Source of the DNA: Longimicrobiales bacterium
GTDB taxonomy: Bacteria > Gemmatimonadota > Gemmatimonadetes > Longimicrobiales > Gaopeijiaceae
Direction: 5' to 3'
NCBI GenBank assembly: GCA_963664435.2
Contig: CAXXKM010000003.1
Location: 832,001-896,000 of the forward strand
DNA: 64,000 bases
Positions 30,997 to 42,100 of the stretch are shown piece after piece. Positions within the stretch are counted from its first letter, which is position 1, and each line of letters opens with the position of its first letter. The notes under the pieces were generated by a model. The model saw only the letters and a program-made list of their open reading frames with translations, was not told the origin of the DNA and ran no database searches. The position numbers and the translations under genes are program-made.

Positions 30997-31995
30997 TCAT
31001 GCTTCCGCCCTCACCGTGTCCTGTAACCTCACCGGCTTCCGGTCCCGCGGCAGATCATCGCCGCCGCGCGCCCTCCAGGCCTCCAGTACCTGGGCGCACT
31101 GAGCCTCGGGCGGCTGCAGGCCACCGATCCTGACCGCGTCGGGGGGCAGCTGGTTGCGGAACCAGGTCAGCTGGCGGCGGGCGTAGCGCCGGGTCGCGCG
31201 CCGGGTCGCGTCCAGGGCATCCTCGAGGCTCATGCGCCCCTCCAGGTACCCGAGGACTTCCCGATAGCCGGTGCCGGTCATCCCGGGATCGTCCCCGCCA
31301 TGGCCGCACGCGGCGAGGACGCGAACCTCCTCGATCACTCCCCGCTCGGCCATGGTGCCCACCCGCGCGTTGATGCGGCGGTAGAGCTCGTCGCGCGGAA
31401 CTTCGAGCACCACGACCATCCCTTCCGCCGCCGGAGCATTTCCCTGCCCCGTCCGGTGCCACCACGACAGCGGACGGCCCGTGAGCAGAGTCACTTCGAG
31501 CGTGCGCTCGATGCGCTGTATCCCGCCCGCGACCGCGAGGCGGGCCCGTTCCGGATCCAGGACGCGCACCCAGCGCTCCAGCTCCTCGATCCCGCGCCGC
31601 GCCAGGAATCGGCGCAGGCGCTCCACCCGTCCGGGATCCAGCGCCGGTTCCTCGAACAGAGGTTCCATCAGCGCCTTCAGGAAAAAGCCCGTGCCGCCCG
31701 CCAGTACCGGCACACGGCCGCGCGCTCGAATCCCGTTCATCCAGCGGGCGGCGTCGCGAGCGAATTCGCCGGCGCTGTAGGATTCGTCCGGATCGCGGAT
31801 GTCGACGCCGTGATGCGGGATCCGGGCGCGGATGCCTGCGGCGACCTTGTCGGTGGCGATGTCCATGCCGCGGTAGATCTGGCGCGAGTCCATGGAGATG
31901 ACCTCGCCGTCCAGCGCCTCGGCCACCGCGAGCGAGAGCGTGGTCTTGCCCGTGGCGGTCGCGCCGGTGATGGCGAGGAAATCAGGTGCGGCCAA
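30997..31995 (-). CDS. miaA: tRNA dimethylallyltransferase
   Basis: GATATGKT, SMDSRQIYRGMDIATDK, GGTGFF, GYRE and TRRYARRQLTWF motifs; follows mutL. Confidence 0.96.
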   Translation of the reverse strand: MAAPDFLAITGATATGKTTLSLAVAEALDGEVISMDSRQIYRGMDIATDKVAAGIRARIPHHGVDIRDPDESYSAGEFARDAARWMNGIRARGRVPVLAGGTGFFLKALMEPLFEEPALDPGRVERLRRFLARRGIEELERWVRVLDPERARLAVAGGIQRIERTLEVTLLTGRPLSWWHRTGQGNAPAAEGMVVVLEVPRDELYRRINARVGTMAERGVIEEVRVLAACGHGGDDPGMTGTGYREVLGYLEGRMSLEDALDATRRATRRYARRQLTWFRNQLPPDAVRIGGLQPPEAQCAQVLEAWRARGGDDLPRDRKPVRLQDTVRAEA

Positions 31996-33850
31996 AGCGG
32001 CGCTCCAGCTCGGACAGGGACAGGCGCACGGCGGTGGGACGCCCGTGCACGTCGTGGTGCGGGAGATCCGTGGCGAAGAGGCGGTCGATCAGCTCCCCCA
32101 TCTCCTCCTGCGACAGCTGTCGGCCCGCCTTGATGGCGCCTTTGCAGGCGAAGGTCATGGCGATGCGCTCGTGCTGGTTGCGGGCGGCGCGCACCAGCTC
32201 CGATCCGTGGGTCAGCTCGCCGATCATCTCACGCAGGCAGCGCTCGCCGTCGAAATACGGATGCGGGTTGGGAACCGCGTGCACGATGATCGAGTTGCGG
32301 CCGAACCCGTCGACCTCGAAGCCCGCGCGGCCGAGCATGCCGAACAGCGGCTCGACGTGCTGATATTCGGCCGTCGCGAGGGTCAGCGTGATCGGGAAGA
32401 GCAGCCGTTGGCCGGGCTGCCCGTCCTTGCCGAAGGCTTCCATCAGCTCCTGGAAGAGGATGCGTTCGTGGGCCGAGTGCTGGTCGATCATCATCATCCC
32501 CCCGCGCACCTCCGCGAGGATGTAGGTCCGGTGCAGCTGCCAGAGGCGCGCCGGTTCGACGGGGACTTCCTCGGCCGGAGCGACGGGCACGCCCGCATCG
32601 GCGCCCGCGGGCTCTCCACTGGCGAAGAGCGCGATCTGCGCCCTGCCGGGATCGGAGGACGAATCGGAGGACGAATCGGAGGACCGGCCCGACGCCCCGG
32701 GCGCGTATTTCGCCGACTCGCGCACCCGGTCGGCCGGTGGGCCCTCGCCCCTGGACGGCGCGCGGGACGGGCTCGATTCCGTTGCAGGGTCCCCGGTGCC
32801 CGAAGCCGCATTCTCGTTCCCGGCGGTCGCGGACTCCAGCGTGGCGGCGCTCTCCACGCTGGCGAGGGCGCGCCGGATTTCCTGCTCGATGAAGCCCTCC
32901 ACCTCGGTCCGGTCGCGGAAGCGCACCTCCAGCTTGGCGGGGTGCACATTCACGTCGACCTGGCCGCCGGGCAGGTCAAGATAGAGGAAGAACCACGGTC
33001 GCACGGTCTCGCGGATGGTGGTGCGGTACGCCCGGCGCACGGCTTCCCTCAGACCCTTGTCCCGGAACGGCCGGCCGCCCACGAAGAGGTAGGTGCGGCG
33101 CGGGCCCGGACGCGCCTGGTCGGGGCGCTGCAGGAGACCGCTCACCTGGCCGATGCCGTCCTCCCCCCCAAACGCAAACATGGAGGCGCGGGCGTCGGTG
33201 CCCCACAGCCGGCCGACCCGCCGGGCGGGTCCGGGGTCGGCGGGCAGGTCGATGAGCGCGCGTCCATCGGAGGTCAGGGTGAACGCGACGCCGGGGTGGG
33301 CCAGCGCCAGCGAGGTGAGCTCGGCGGCCACCATCCGGGTTTCCGCGGCCCCGCTCTTGAGAAAGCTCCGCCGGGCGGGTGCGTTGAAGAAGAGGTTGGC
33401 CGCCTCGATGGTGGTGCCGCGGGCGCGCGCGTGGTCGTCGACGCTGGTAATGGTCCCGCCGGTCGCCCGAATGCGGGTGCCCGCGCCCGACTCGTCGCAG
33501 GTCTCGAGGGCCAGCCGCGAAACGGCCGCGATCGAGGGCAATGCCTCCCCGCGGAAGCCGAAGCTCGCGACCCCGCGCAGCTCCCGGGCGCTCGTGATCT
33601 TGCTGGTGGCGTGGCGCTCGAGGCACATGATCGCATCCTGGCGCCCCATTCCGACCCCGTCGTCGACCACCCGGATGCGCTGCCGCCCGCCCCGCTCCAC
33701 CTCGACCCGGATGTGGGTGGCGCCGGCGTCCAGGGCGTTCTCCACCAGCTCCTTTACGACGGACGCCGGGCGCTCGACCACCTCGCCCGCGGCGATCTGG
33801 TTGGCCACCGAGTCCGGCAGCACCTGGACCGGCCGGGCGGGCGGGGTCAC
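31982..33850 (-). CDS. mutL: DNA mismatch repair endonuclease MutL
   Basis: NQIAAGEVVERPASVVKELVENALDAGA, HATSKI, GFRGEAL, DVNVHPAKLEVRF, DQHSAHER, ACK and HGRP motifs. Confidence 0.98.
   Translation of the reverse strand: MTPPARPVQVLPDSVANQIAAGEVVERPASVVKELVENALDAGATHIRVEVERGGRQRIRVVDDGVGMGRQDAIMCLERHATSKITSARELRGVASFGFRGEALPSIAAVSRLALETCDESGAGTRIRATGGTITSVDDHARARGTTIEAANLFFNAPARRSFLKSGAAETRMVAAELTSLALAHPGVAFTLTSDGRALIDLPADPGPARRVGRLWGTDARASMFAFGGEDGIGQVSGLLQRPDQARPGPRRTYLFVGGRPFRDKGLREAVRRAYRTTIRETVRPWFFLYLDLPGGQVDVNVHPAKLEVRFRDRTEVEGFIEQEIRRALASVESAATLESATAGNENAASGTGDPATESSPSRAPSRGEGPPADRVRESAKYAPGASGRSSDSSSDSSSDPGRAQIALFASGEPAGADAGVPVAPAEEVPVEPARLWQLHRTYILAEVRGGMMMIDQHSAHERILFQELMEAFGKDGQPGQRLLFPITLTLATAEYQHVEPLFGMLGRAGFEVDGFGRNSIIVHAVPNPHPYFDGERCLREMIGELTHGSELVRAARNQHERIAMTFACKGAIKAGRQLSQEEMGELIDRLFATDLPHHDVHGRPTAVRLSLSELERRFGRT
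32651..32684. repeat. 12-bp in-frame tandem repeat in the MutL linker
   Basis: ATCGGAGGACGA x2.8, encoding SSDSSSDSSSD. Confidence 0.85.
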
Positions 33851-34656
33851 GGCGCGGCCGGTGACGGCTCTGCGGTACCGCCCGCCTCATCCGCTTCAAG
33901 GCCGAAGAAGCGGAAGGCGTTGCGGGCCGTGTAACGCTCCACCTCCTCCGCGCTCTCGCCGCGCACCGCCGCCACCCCGTCCCGCACGCGGGCCACATAG
34001 GCGGGCTCGTTGCGCCGGCCCCGGTGCGGCACCGGAGCCAGATAGGGCGAGTCGGTTTCGATCATGAGACGGTCGCGCGGCACCGCCCGCACTGCTTCCT
34101 GCCCGTCGAAGTTCCTGAAGGTCACGAGCCCCGTGAACGAGATGTGCCACCCCGCGTCGAGCGCTTTCTCGAGCAACCCCATGCCCCCGGTGAAGCAGTG
34201 GAGCACCCCGCGCGCCGCGCCCCTGAACTCCGCGATCACCGCGCGGGTGTCGTCGTCCGCGGAACGGGAGTGCACCACCAGCGGAAGCCCGGTCTCGGCG
34301 GCCAGGCGGGCATGGGCGCGGAACAGCTCGCGCTGCCGGTCGCGCGGACCGAAGTCGTAGTGGTAGTCGAGGCCCGTCTCGCCGACGGCGATCAGGCGCG
34401 GCTCAGCGTCCAGCAGGTGGCGCACTCGCTGCACGTCGTCCGCCCCGGCCCGGCCAGCCTCGTGGGGGTGCACGCCGGCCGTGCCCCACACGCCCCGGTG
34501 AGCCCGGGTGAGCGCCGCCACCCGTTCGGCGTCCGCGGCCGACGACGCGATCGAGATCAGCGCCCCCACGCCGGCGGCGTGCGCCCGCTCGATGGTCTCG
34601 GACCGGTCTGCGTCGAAGCGCCGGTCGGTCAGGTGGCAGTGGGATTCGAACAGCAT
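33847..34656 (-). CDS. tatD: TatD family hydrolase
   Basis: SHCHL, GVHPH, VGETGLDY, VVHSR, VLHCF, ETDSPYLAP and RNEP motifs. Confidence 0.93.
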   Translation of the reverse strand: MLFESHCHLTDRRFDADRSETIERAHAAGVGALISIASSAADAERVAALTRAHRGVWGTAGVHPHEAGRAGADDVQRVRHLLDAEPRLIAVGETGLDYHYDFGPRDRQRELFRAHARLAAETGLPLVVHSRSADDDTRAVIAEFRGAARGVLHCFTGGMGLLEKALDAGWHISFTGLVTFRNFDGQEAVRAVPRDRLMIETDSPYLAPVPHRGRRNEPAYVARVRDGVAAVRGESAEEVERYTARNAFRFFGLEADEAGGTAEPSPAAP

Positions 34657-34754
34657 GGCGGTGGTGGACCCGGCGGACCCGGCAACGGCTCAGGCACGGC
34701 GGGGAACCCGGGATCTCGCGGCCGGCAACATCAGAACGGTCCGGCCAGGCAACG

Positions 34755-35795
34755 TCAGGTGGAAACGCCCGCGGTTCGCCGCCTCTTCCTGCCCTTCTTC
34801 TTCCTCTTTCTCGGCCGGCCCGACGGCGCGGTCCTGGGCGCGGGACGCCCCGGGACTCCGCGCTGCGCTTCAACCAGGTCCCTGGAACCCCAGCGCCTCT
34901 GGATCTCCAGCAGCGCCGGCGAAGCGACGAAGATGGAGGAGTAGGTCCCCACCAGGACCCCGAGGATCAACACGGCGGTGAAGTCGCGGATCACCGCGCC
35001 CCCGAAGATGAGGAGGGCAAGCAGCACGCCGAGCGTCGTCCCGGATGTGAGCACCGTCCTCGGCAGCGTCTCGTTGATCGACCGGTTGACGAGCGCCACC
35101 GGGTTCTCCCGGCGGCCGCCCTTTGCGTTCAGGTTCTCGCGCACCCGGTCGAACACGACGATGGTGTCGTTCAGCGAATACCCGATGATGGTCAGGATGG
35201 CCGCCACCGTCGGAAGCGCGATCTCGACCCGGAAAAGAGCCAGGAAGCCGAGCGTGATGATGCTGTCGTGGACGGTCGCGATGACGGCCGCCACGCCGAA
35301 GCGGAACTCGAAGCGTATGGCCAGATAGATGAGGGTCAGCGCGAAGGAAAAGATGATCGCGAGCGCCGCCTTCTGCTGCAGCTCCGCGCCGATCTTGGGC
35401 CCCACCAGCTCGGTGCGCATCACCTCGAAGTCACGGCCCGGGAAGGCGCCCTGGATCTGCCCCCGTATCTCCTGCGCGACCGCCTCAACCTCCCGGTCCT
35501 CGGCCAGCGGCGCGCGGATTACGAACTCGTTTCCTTCGTTGCCCATGCTGGTGATGGGAGGGGCCTCGGCGCCGCCCAGCGCGGTTCGCAGCTCCGCCGC
35601 CTCCATCGACTCCTCGAAGCGCACCTGCACCAGCGACCCGCCGGTGAAGTCCACGCCGTAGTTCTGCCAGCTGCCGATGTCCACGATGTTGAACACCATC
35701 GACACCAGCGCGACGGCGAGCACCACGGCCGAGAAGACGTAGGCCTTCCTGCGCGCTTCGATGAAGCGATATCGCGCGTTTCCGAAGAGTCTCAT
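34755..35795 (-). CDS. secF: Protein translocase subunit SecF
   Basis: YGVDFTGG, VGPKIG, HD, GYSLNDTIVVFDRVREN, ETLPRT and GTYSSIFVA motifs. Confidence 0.97.
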   Translation of the reverse strand: MRLFGNARYRFIEARRKAYVFSAVVLAVALVSMVFNIVDIGSWQNYGVDFTGGSLVQVRFEESMEAAELRTALGGAEAPPITSMGNEGNEFVIRAPLAEDREVEAVAQEIRGQIQGAFPGRDFEVMRTELVGPKIGAELQQKAALAIIFSFALTLIYLAIRFEFRFGVAAVIATVHDSIITLGFLALFRVEIALPTVAAILTIIGYSLNDTIVVFDRVRENLNAKGGRRENPVALVNRSINETLPRTVLTSGTTLGVLLALLIFGGAVIRDFTAVLILGVLVGTYSSIFVASPALLEIQRRWGSRDLVEAQRGVPGRPAPRTAPSGRPRKRKKKGRKRRRTAGVST

Positions 35796-35815
35796 GATTC
35801 AGATGGTCTCGCGAT

Positions 35816-37501
35816 TCAGATGCTTATGGGGTCCGTGGCCCTCTTCCGGGACAGGTACATGAAGAAGAAGCTGCGCGTCACGTAGAGCGCAGTGAAAAAC
35901 GAAGCCAGGATCCCGATCGAGAGGGTGACGGCGAAGCCGCGCACGGGCCCGGTGCCGAACTGGAAGAGGATCAGCGCCGTGATCAGGGTCGTGAGGTTGG
36001 CGTCGACGATCGCCGACAGGGCGTTCCCGAAGCCGTCCTCCACGGCGGTGCGCACGGCTCTGCCGGCATCCAGCTCCTCCCGGATGCGCTCGAAGATGAG
36101 CACGTTGGCATCCACCGCCATGCCGACCGAGAGAATGAGCCCCGCGATGCCCGGAACGGTCAGCGTCGCCCCGAACATGGCCAGCCCGCCCAGCACCAGC
36201 ATCACGTACACGCCCAGCGCGAACACCGAGAGGACGCCCGCGACGCGGTAGTAGGCGCACATGATCAGGATCACCAGCACGACGCCGATCATCCCGGCTA
36301 CGCGGCCCTGGTCCACTGAGTCCTGCCCCAGCGACGGACCGACGGTGCGCTCCTCCATGATGCTCAGCGGGGCGGGCAGGGCGCCGGCACGCAGCACCAG
36401 CGCCAGGTCGCTCGCCTCCTGCAGGGTCGACCCGGCGAGATCGATCTGGCCGCGGGCGCCGATGCGGTCGCGGATGACGGGCGCGCTCACCACCTCCCCG
36501 TCGAGCACGATCGCGAGGAATTCGCCGACGTTCTGCCCGGTCACCTCGGCGAAACGGCGGCCGCCCCGGCGGGACAGCTCGAACTGCACCTGGGGGGTGT
36601 TGAACTGGGGATCGCGCGCGGAAACCGCGTTCTCAAGCATCTGTCCGGTGATGAAGGCGTCCTCCTGCAGGACATACAGCTGGCGATAGATCCTGCCGGT
36701 GAGGGCGATGGGATCCATGCCCCACTGAAGAGCGATGTCGCGCGGCATGGCGCGCTGGACCTCCGGAATGCTCAGGAACAGCTCCGCGGCCTCAACATCC
36801 TCCTCGGCCACCAGGTAAATGCCGTCATCGCTCCCCTGGTTCAGGAGCGCGGTGAAGGGGCTCAGGACGGCTGAGTCGTCCTCCTCGGCTTCCGCCTCGG
36901 AAGCTTCCTCCCCGGCGACCTGCTCGACCTCGGCGTCCACAGCGGCGTCCGCTTCCGCCTCGGCCCCACCCTCCGCGGCTGCCGCGGAATCCCCTTCCTC
37001 CGATGCGTCGGCACCGAAGAGCAGTTCTTCGATCGAGGATGTGGGAGCCTGCACGTCGCGCCCCAGGCTGCTCAGCGAATCGGCCCCCAGCGTCGCGACG
37101 ATGACCCGGTCGAGGCGCGGCAGATCCGGGGCGAAATCGACCCACGAGCGCACCAGCTTGAACTCGAGGAAGGCGGCGCGCCGGATGACGTCCTTGGCCT
37201 GATTCTCGTCGCTGATGCCCGCGAGTTCCACGATGATGCGGTCGTTGCCCACCTTCTGGATGAGCGGTTCTTCGACCCCCAGCTCATCGATGCGGGTGCG
37301 CAGGACCGTCTCGGCGCGGTCGATGGCGTCGGCGCGCGCTTCTTCGGTGAGCGTGCCGTCCGGGTCGTCGATCTCTACCACCAGGTGCATGCCACCCTGC
37401 AGATCGAGACCCAGTTTCAGGCCGTTGGCGTAGATGTAGTAGCCGCAGATCCCGAGGATCACGGCGATGAAGATGATCCGGCCACGAAGAGACTTCAGCA
37501 T
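35816..37501 (-). CDS. secD: Protein translocase subunit SecD
   Basis: KLGLDLQGG, RIDELGVEEP, LRAGALPA, VGPSLG, GMAVDANVLIFERIREE and GPVRGFA motifs. Confidence 0.97.
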   Translation of the reverse strand: MLKSLRGRIIFIAVILGICGYYIYANGLKLGLDLQGGMHLVVEIDDPDGTLTEEARADAIDRAETVLRTRIDELGVEEPLIQKVGNDRIIVELAGISDENQAKDVIRRAAFLEFKLVRSWVDFAPDLPRLDRVIVATLGADSLSSLGRDVQAPTSSIEELLFGADASEEGDSAAAAEGGAEAEADAAVDAEVEQVAGEEASEAEAEEDDSAVLSPFTALLNQGSDDGIYLVAEEDVEAAELFLSIPEVQRAMPRDIALQWGMDPIALTGRIYRQLYVLQEDAFITGQMLENAVSARDPQFNTPQVQFELSRRGGRRFAEVTGQNVGEFLAIVLDGEVVSAPVIRDRIGARGQIDLAGSTLQEASDLALVLRAGALPAPLSIMEERTVGPSLGQDSVDQGRVAGMIGVVLVILIMCAYYRVAGVLSVFALGVYVMLVLGGLAMFGATLTVPGIAGLILSVGMAVDANVLIFERIREELDAGRAVRTAVEDGFGNALSAIVDANLTTLITALILFQFGTGPVRGFAVTLSIGILASFFTALYVTRSFFFMYLSRKRATDPISI

Positions 37502-37736
37502 GGTGCCACCGCTGGCTCCGGGAGGGTTTCGCGGGTGTGTCCCGGCTCGCGTACCGCCCGGAGGGACCTCCTCTGAACCCTCGAGCCTCCTTCCCGCGAG
37601 CGGGATGGGTAGCTATGTAAGCTCGCCAAGCGCCCAACCGGTGTCAATCTGACGCGAAGCGGCGCGACACGGGGCGCGAGGCCCCCTTCGGATTCCGATG
37701 AACCGGCACAAGTACGGGATGACGGATCCGGAGGGA

Positions 37737-37802
37737 CCGGCAGCCCCGCGACGCAACGCCACGGGACCGCCGGCCGGCCTGTCCGGTCTACGGGGCAGCC
37801 GG
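37737..37802. terminator. Stem-loop downstream of SusD3
   Basis: CCGGCAGCCCCG (37737-37748) / CGGGGCAGCCGG (37791-37802), 11 of 12 paired, enclosing an inner GACCG/CGGTC stem; no U-tract. Confidence 0.35.
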
Positions 37803-37818
37803 TGTAGAGGTTTCCACC

Positions 37819-39069
37819 TCAGGTGATGTTTGGGTTCCCGTTCCGTTCGGTGTCGGGCAGCGGGAAGCACTCCATTCCGCCGTAGGCGTCGCCCACGTAG
37901 GGGTGCGATCCGCTGGTGAAGCGGGTGATGGCCCCCAGACGGCGCAGCACACCCATGCGGTGGCCTTCAACGAACAGCTCACGCCGGCGCTGCTCCTGCA
38001 CCTGCTCCTGGATCTCCTGCGCGTTGCTGCTCGCAAAGTTGCCGGGCAGCCCTGCCGCTTCGAGCAGTTCGTTGATGATCCCGACCGCGGTCGCGCCCCC
38101 CTCCACCTCGGCGATGATCAGACGCGCCTCGGTGTAGCTGGCGAGCCGGATGGCCGCGTCGCGGCTGGTATACTTCTGCTGGAGCCACATCGGCGTGAGC
38201 CCGTCCTGCCCCAGAATCTCCGCATCCATAACGTTCACTCTTGGATCGGGCATACCCGCCCACTCCAGATCCCAGAAGGCGGGATCCACCGAGACGGCCT
38301 GCTCGACGTGGTTGCGGTTGAAGACCTTGTTCTCCCGCACGTCGGCAGCGGTGGAGCGGGTCACCAGGAATTCGAATCCCTCGGGGACCGCGCGCGCGTC
38401 GGCAAGCGCCCCCGCGGTCTGTCCCAGGTTCATCTGTGCCCGGGCCCGGCCGACGTACGCCGCGTTGCGGATCTCGGCGTCGGGAGACTCGAGGGCCATG
38501 CTGAAGCGCTCCCTGGCCAGTTCGAAGACTTCAGCCGGCTGCAGTTCGGGCCCCAGGTCGAAGGCCGCGCTGCACCATCCTTCCCCGAACGTCGTATAGC
38601 TGTAGCCTGCGTAGAGCGCGTTCCGGGCCAGGAGCGACGATCGGTTGGGAACGTCGCCGTCGGAGAATCCGCTGATGCGGACGATGGCGTCATCGGCGAT
38701 GAAGCGCGCCTGGGCGAGCGGCGTATGCAGTGAAGTCGAGCTTCCGCACCCGGAGGTGGCGAACGACGCGTCCAGTGGCCTCACGTCCCTGCGCTGATAA
38801 GGGACCTGGCCCAGAAAAGTCTGTGAACCCATGAACTCGCCCGAGACCAGTCCGGAGAGCAGGGCGTACTGCGTGTAGGCGCACTCGAAGGCTCCCTGTG
38901 CGCTGACTGTGAGCAATGGAGCGGCCGAGGGATCGTCGAGCGCGTCCGCGGGCGTCTCTCCGGGGAGCGTCACCGACAGATCGCAGGCGCCCAGGATGAG
39001 CATCGGCGCGAACAGAAGAAACGAGAATCGTCCCTTCATCTTCTTTCGATTATCAAATATGCCTGACAT
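37819..39069 (-). CDS. RagB/SusD-like lipoprotein (SusD3)
   Basis: Lipobox LGAC; RLASYTEARLIIAE, QRRRELFVEGHR and CFPLPDTE motifs; GGAGG RBS. Confidence 0.85.
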   Translation of the reverse strand: MSGIFDNRKKMKGRFSFLLFAPMLILGACDLSVTLPGETPADALDDPSAAPLLTVSAQGAFECAYTQYALLSGLVSGEFMGSQTFLGQVPYQRRDVRPLDASFATSGCGSSTSLHTPLAQARFIADDAIVRISGFSDGDVPNRSSLLARNALYAGYSYTTFGEGWCSAAFDLGPELQPAEVFELARERFSMALESPDAEIRNAAYVGRARAQMNLGQTAGALADARAVPEGFEFLVTRSTAADVRENKVFNRNHVEQAVSVDPAFWDLEWAGMPDPRVNVMDAEILGQDGLTPMWLQQKYTSRDAAIRLASYTEARLIIAEVEGGATAVGIINELLEAAGLPGNFASSNAQEIQEQVQEQRRRELFVEGHRMGVLRRLGAITRFTSGSHPYVGDAYGGMECFPLPDTERNGNPNIT

Positions 39070-39122
39070 CTATTCCTCCCTTGTTTCCGAATTGAGCGTT
39101 GAGTTTCGCACGAGCGCAGGCA

Positions 39123-42100
39123 TCAGAACCTGACCCTGAAGGACAGGAGAAAGCTGTGCGGGAGCGGTGCCTGGGTCTGCTGCCAGCCCCAGGGATTGTC
39201 CCGCGTGCGACGCGTCTCGGGGTCGAGCCCCGGTTGGCTGAAGCTCTCGTGGACCCACGGGGTCCAGATGTTTCGCCCGCTCAGGGTGATCGCGGCCCGG
39301 GAAACGCCGTACCCTTCGACGAAGTCGCCGGGAAGCTCGTAGGTAAGGGAGATTTCGCGCAGGCGGAGGTGATCGTCCCGCTCCATCCAGGGGTGCTCGA
39401 TGTCGAACGTCTGGATTTCCGCGGCCTGGATCGGGTCCAGGGTACCCATGAGGTAGAGCTGCGCGCGCTCGGTGTTGCGGGTGTTACGGTCGCGCTGCCA
39501 GGTGGTCGTGCTGAAGCGCCGGCTCTCCCACGTGTAGTTCCAGAGCGCGTTCAGCGTGAGTCCGAGGTTGGGAAGCGCGAGGGACTGGGTGAACGATCCC
39601 TGCCAGACGGGTCCGGGCGGGCCGAGGTAGTGGAAGGGGGCGTCGGAGCATGGCGTGGGCGTGCGGGAGGGTTCCGGCCCCTCGCACATGACATCGATCA
39701 GCCGCGTTGGATTGTTGGGGTCCCAGCGGGCCGAAGCGATGTACTTGCTCCAGTATCCGCCGAGGGGATAGCCGACGCGGTGCTGGAAGCGGCCCCGGGT
39801 GTCGGCCTGGATGCGCTCCCGGCCCTCGCCGAGAGAAACCAGCAGGTTGTCGTTGTAGGCCGCGGTGGCGCCCAGGTCGAAGCTCATGCTCGGCGTACGG
39901 ATGACCTGGGAGTTCAGGGTGAGCTCGATCCCCTTGTTTTTGACCTCCCCGACGTTGATGAAGCGGGAGCCGGGAAAACCGAGCGAGGGCGCGACCAGAT
40001 CGGCCAGGATGGCGTCGCGGGTGGTCTGGTTGTAGTAGGTGAACTCGATGCCCAGGCGGTCGGAGAAGAGACCCGCGTCGAAGCCGAGTTCGAGTTCGGT
40101 TCCGACCTCGGGCTTGAGGTCGGGATTGCCCAGGTTGCCGGGCAGGAGGGCGGGCTCGTCGCCCGGACCGGTGGTCGGCGAATAGGTGCGCACCGCCGCG
40201 AAGGCGTCCGGCTGCAGCCCCGACTTCCCCCACGCCGCCCGCACGCGGAAGCTCTCGGCGAAGCCGACGTTCCAGAAATCCGTGTCGCTCAGCACCCACG
40301 AGGTGCTCAGCTTGGGATAGTAGACCGCGTTGAATGTCTCCCCGAAGGCGCTGTGGGCATCGCCGCGGAGCGCAGCGGTCACGTACAGCTGGTCGCGCCA
40401 GCCGATCGTCTCCTGGATGAAGAACCCCGCGCTCTTGGTCTCGACGAAGTCCTCGTCGCCCCGTGTCCGCGCCGCCGCGCCCACTGTGGAGACAGCGGAG
40501 TTGGGGAGCTCGTCCCCGCGCGACAGGAGCGTGAGGCTCTCCTTGGTGAAGTACTGGGCCCCGAAGGACGTGGCCGACGTGATCTCCGGAGTGAGATCGA
40601 AGCTGGCCGTGACATTGTAGTCGAATGTGGACTGGAGTCCGCGGTCGTATATGACGTCCTTGCGTCCCTGGCTGAGCCCGGCGTAGGCGAGGAATCCCCC
40701 CGATGGTACGCGGGGCCAGAAGCGTGAGACCTTGGCATCGGTGAAGTCCAGACCCGCAACCAGCCTGTGGGTGAGCCAGTTGAACGGGCGGTGGGTCGCG
40801 GTGATGGACGCCGTACCCCGGTTCAACTCCTCGGCGAAGTCGATGTCGTTCTGGGCTTCGGGAGGACCGACCATGAAGCCGCGCGAGCCGGTTTCGCGTG
40901 ACGCCGGGGTGCCCCACAGGAACATGGCGAACATGCCGTAGATGCCGCCCTGGCCGTCCGGAGCGAACCTCCCGTCGCTGCTGATGACCCCCAGATCCGC
41001 GGAGAGGTCGAAGCTCTCGGAGACCGCAAGCCCCAGGTTGGTGCGCACCGAAGTCTTCTCGATCTGGTTGTTGAGCATGTAGCCCTGCTCATTGTCGTGG
41101 CCCACCGACAGGAAGTAGGTGAGGTCGTTGGTGCCGCCCGACACGCTCAAGTCGTAGTTCTGGAGGTGGCCGGTTCGAAACATCTTCCGGCCGGCGGCGA
41201 CTTCCTCGGCGTACAGGTCCTGGCTGATGATCTGCCCGCCGACCAGGCCGTAGTTGGTGGGAATGCGCCCGTCCGGGTTGTTGAACCAGTTTCCGCCCTG
41301 ACGGACGGTCAGGTTGACTACGGGCCGGCCGGTCTGGCCCTTGCGGGTGATGATCTGGATGACGCCGTTGGACGCCTCGGTCCCGTACAGAGTCGCGGCG
41401 GCGGGCCCCTTGATGACCTCGATGCGCTCGATCTCCTCGGGATTGATGTCGTTCAGGCGCGAGGTGCCCGCACCGCTCGACGGCCCGGCCCGGTTGTCGG
41501 CGTTGATGCGGACCCCGTCGACGTAGACCAGCGGCCCGGTGTTTGCCTGCCTCGTGCTCGATCCCTGCGTGAGCGTGCCGATGCCGCGGATGAGGACGTT
41601 GCCGCCGGTGCCGACGTTGCCCCCTCCGATCTGCACGCGGACCCCGGCCACCTGTCCGGCCAGGAGCTGCTGGAGGCTGGCGGGCGCGATCTCCTCGATC
41701 TGCGCGGAGACCTCGAGGGTGCCCACGACGTTCGCGACCGCCCGGCGCTGCTGGCCCCCGGCGGTGCCGGTGACGATGATCTCGTCGAGGCCGAGCGCTT
41801 CGGACGAGAGGGTGAAGTCCTGCAACACGGTCTCACCCGCGGTCACGCTGACCTGCGTGCTCACGGTGCTCATGCCGATGCGCTCGGCGCGCATCTCGTA
41901 GGTGCCCGCCGGGACGTTCACGAGCAGGTAGCGGCCGTCCTGGCGGGTGAGGGTGCCGAGACCGGCGCCCGCCAGGTAGACCTGCACCTCGCCGAGCGGT
42001 GTGCCCGCGGTGGCGTCGGTGACCTGGCCGGTGATGTTGCCCGTTTCCTGGGCGGCTGCGGGGACTGCCGCGACGAAAGCTGCGGCAGCAAGAAGAAGGG

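Noticed and set aside
34755..37020. Basic SecF tail (RPRKRKKKGRKRRR) and acidic SecD insert as an interacting pair
   Set aside because: Predicted on opposite sides of the membrane; low-complexity extensions are common in this window.
37605..37650. TTGACA on the minus strand upstream of secD as a sigma70 promoter
   Set aside because: The nearest plausible -10 (TTACAT) is 21 nt away; spacing does not fit.
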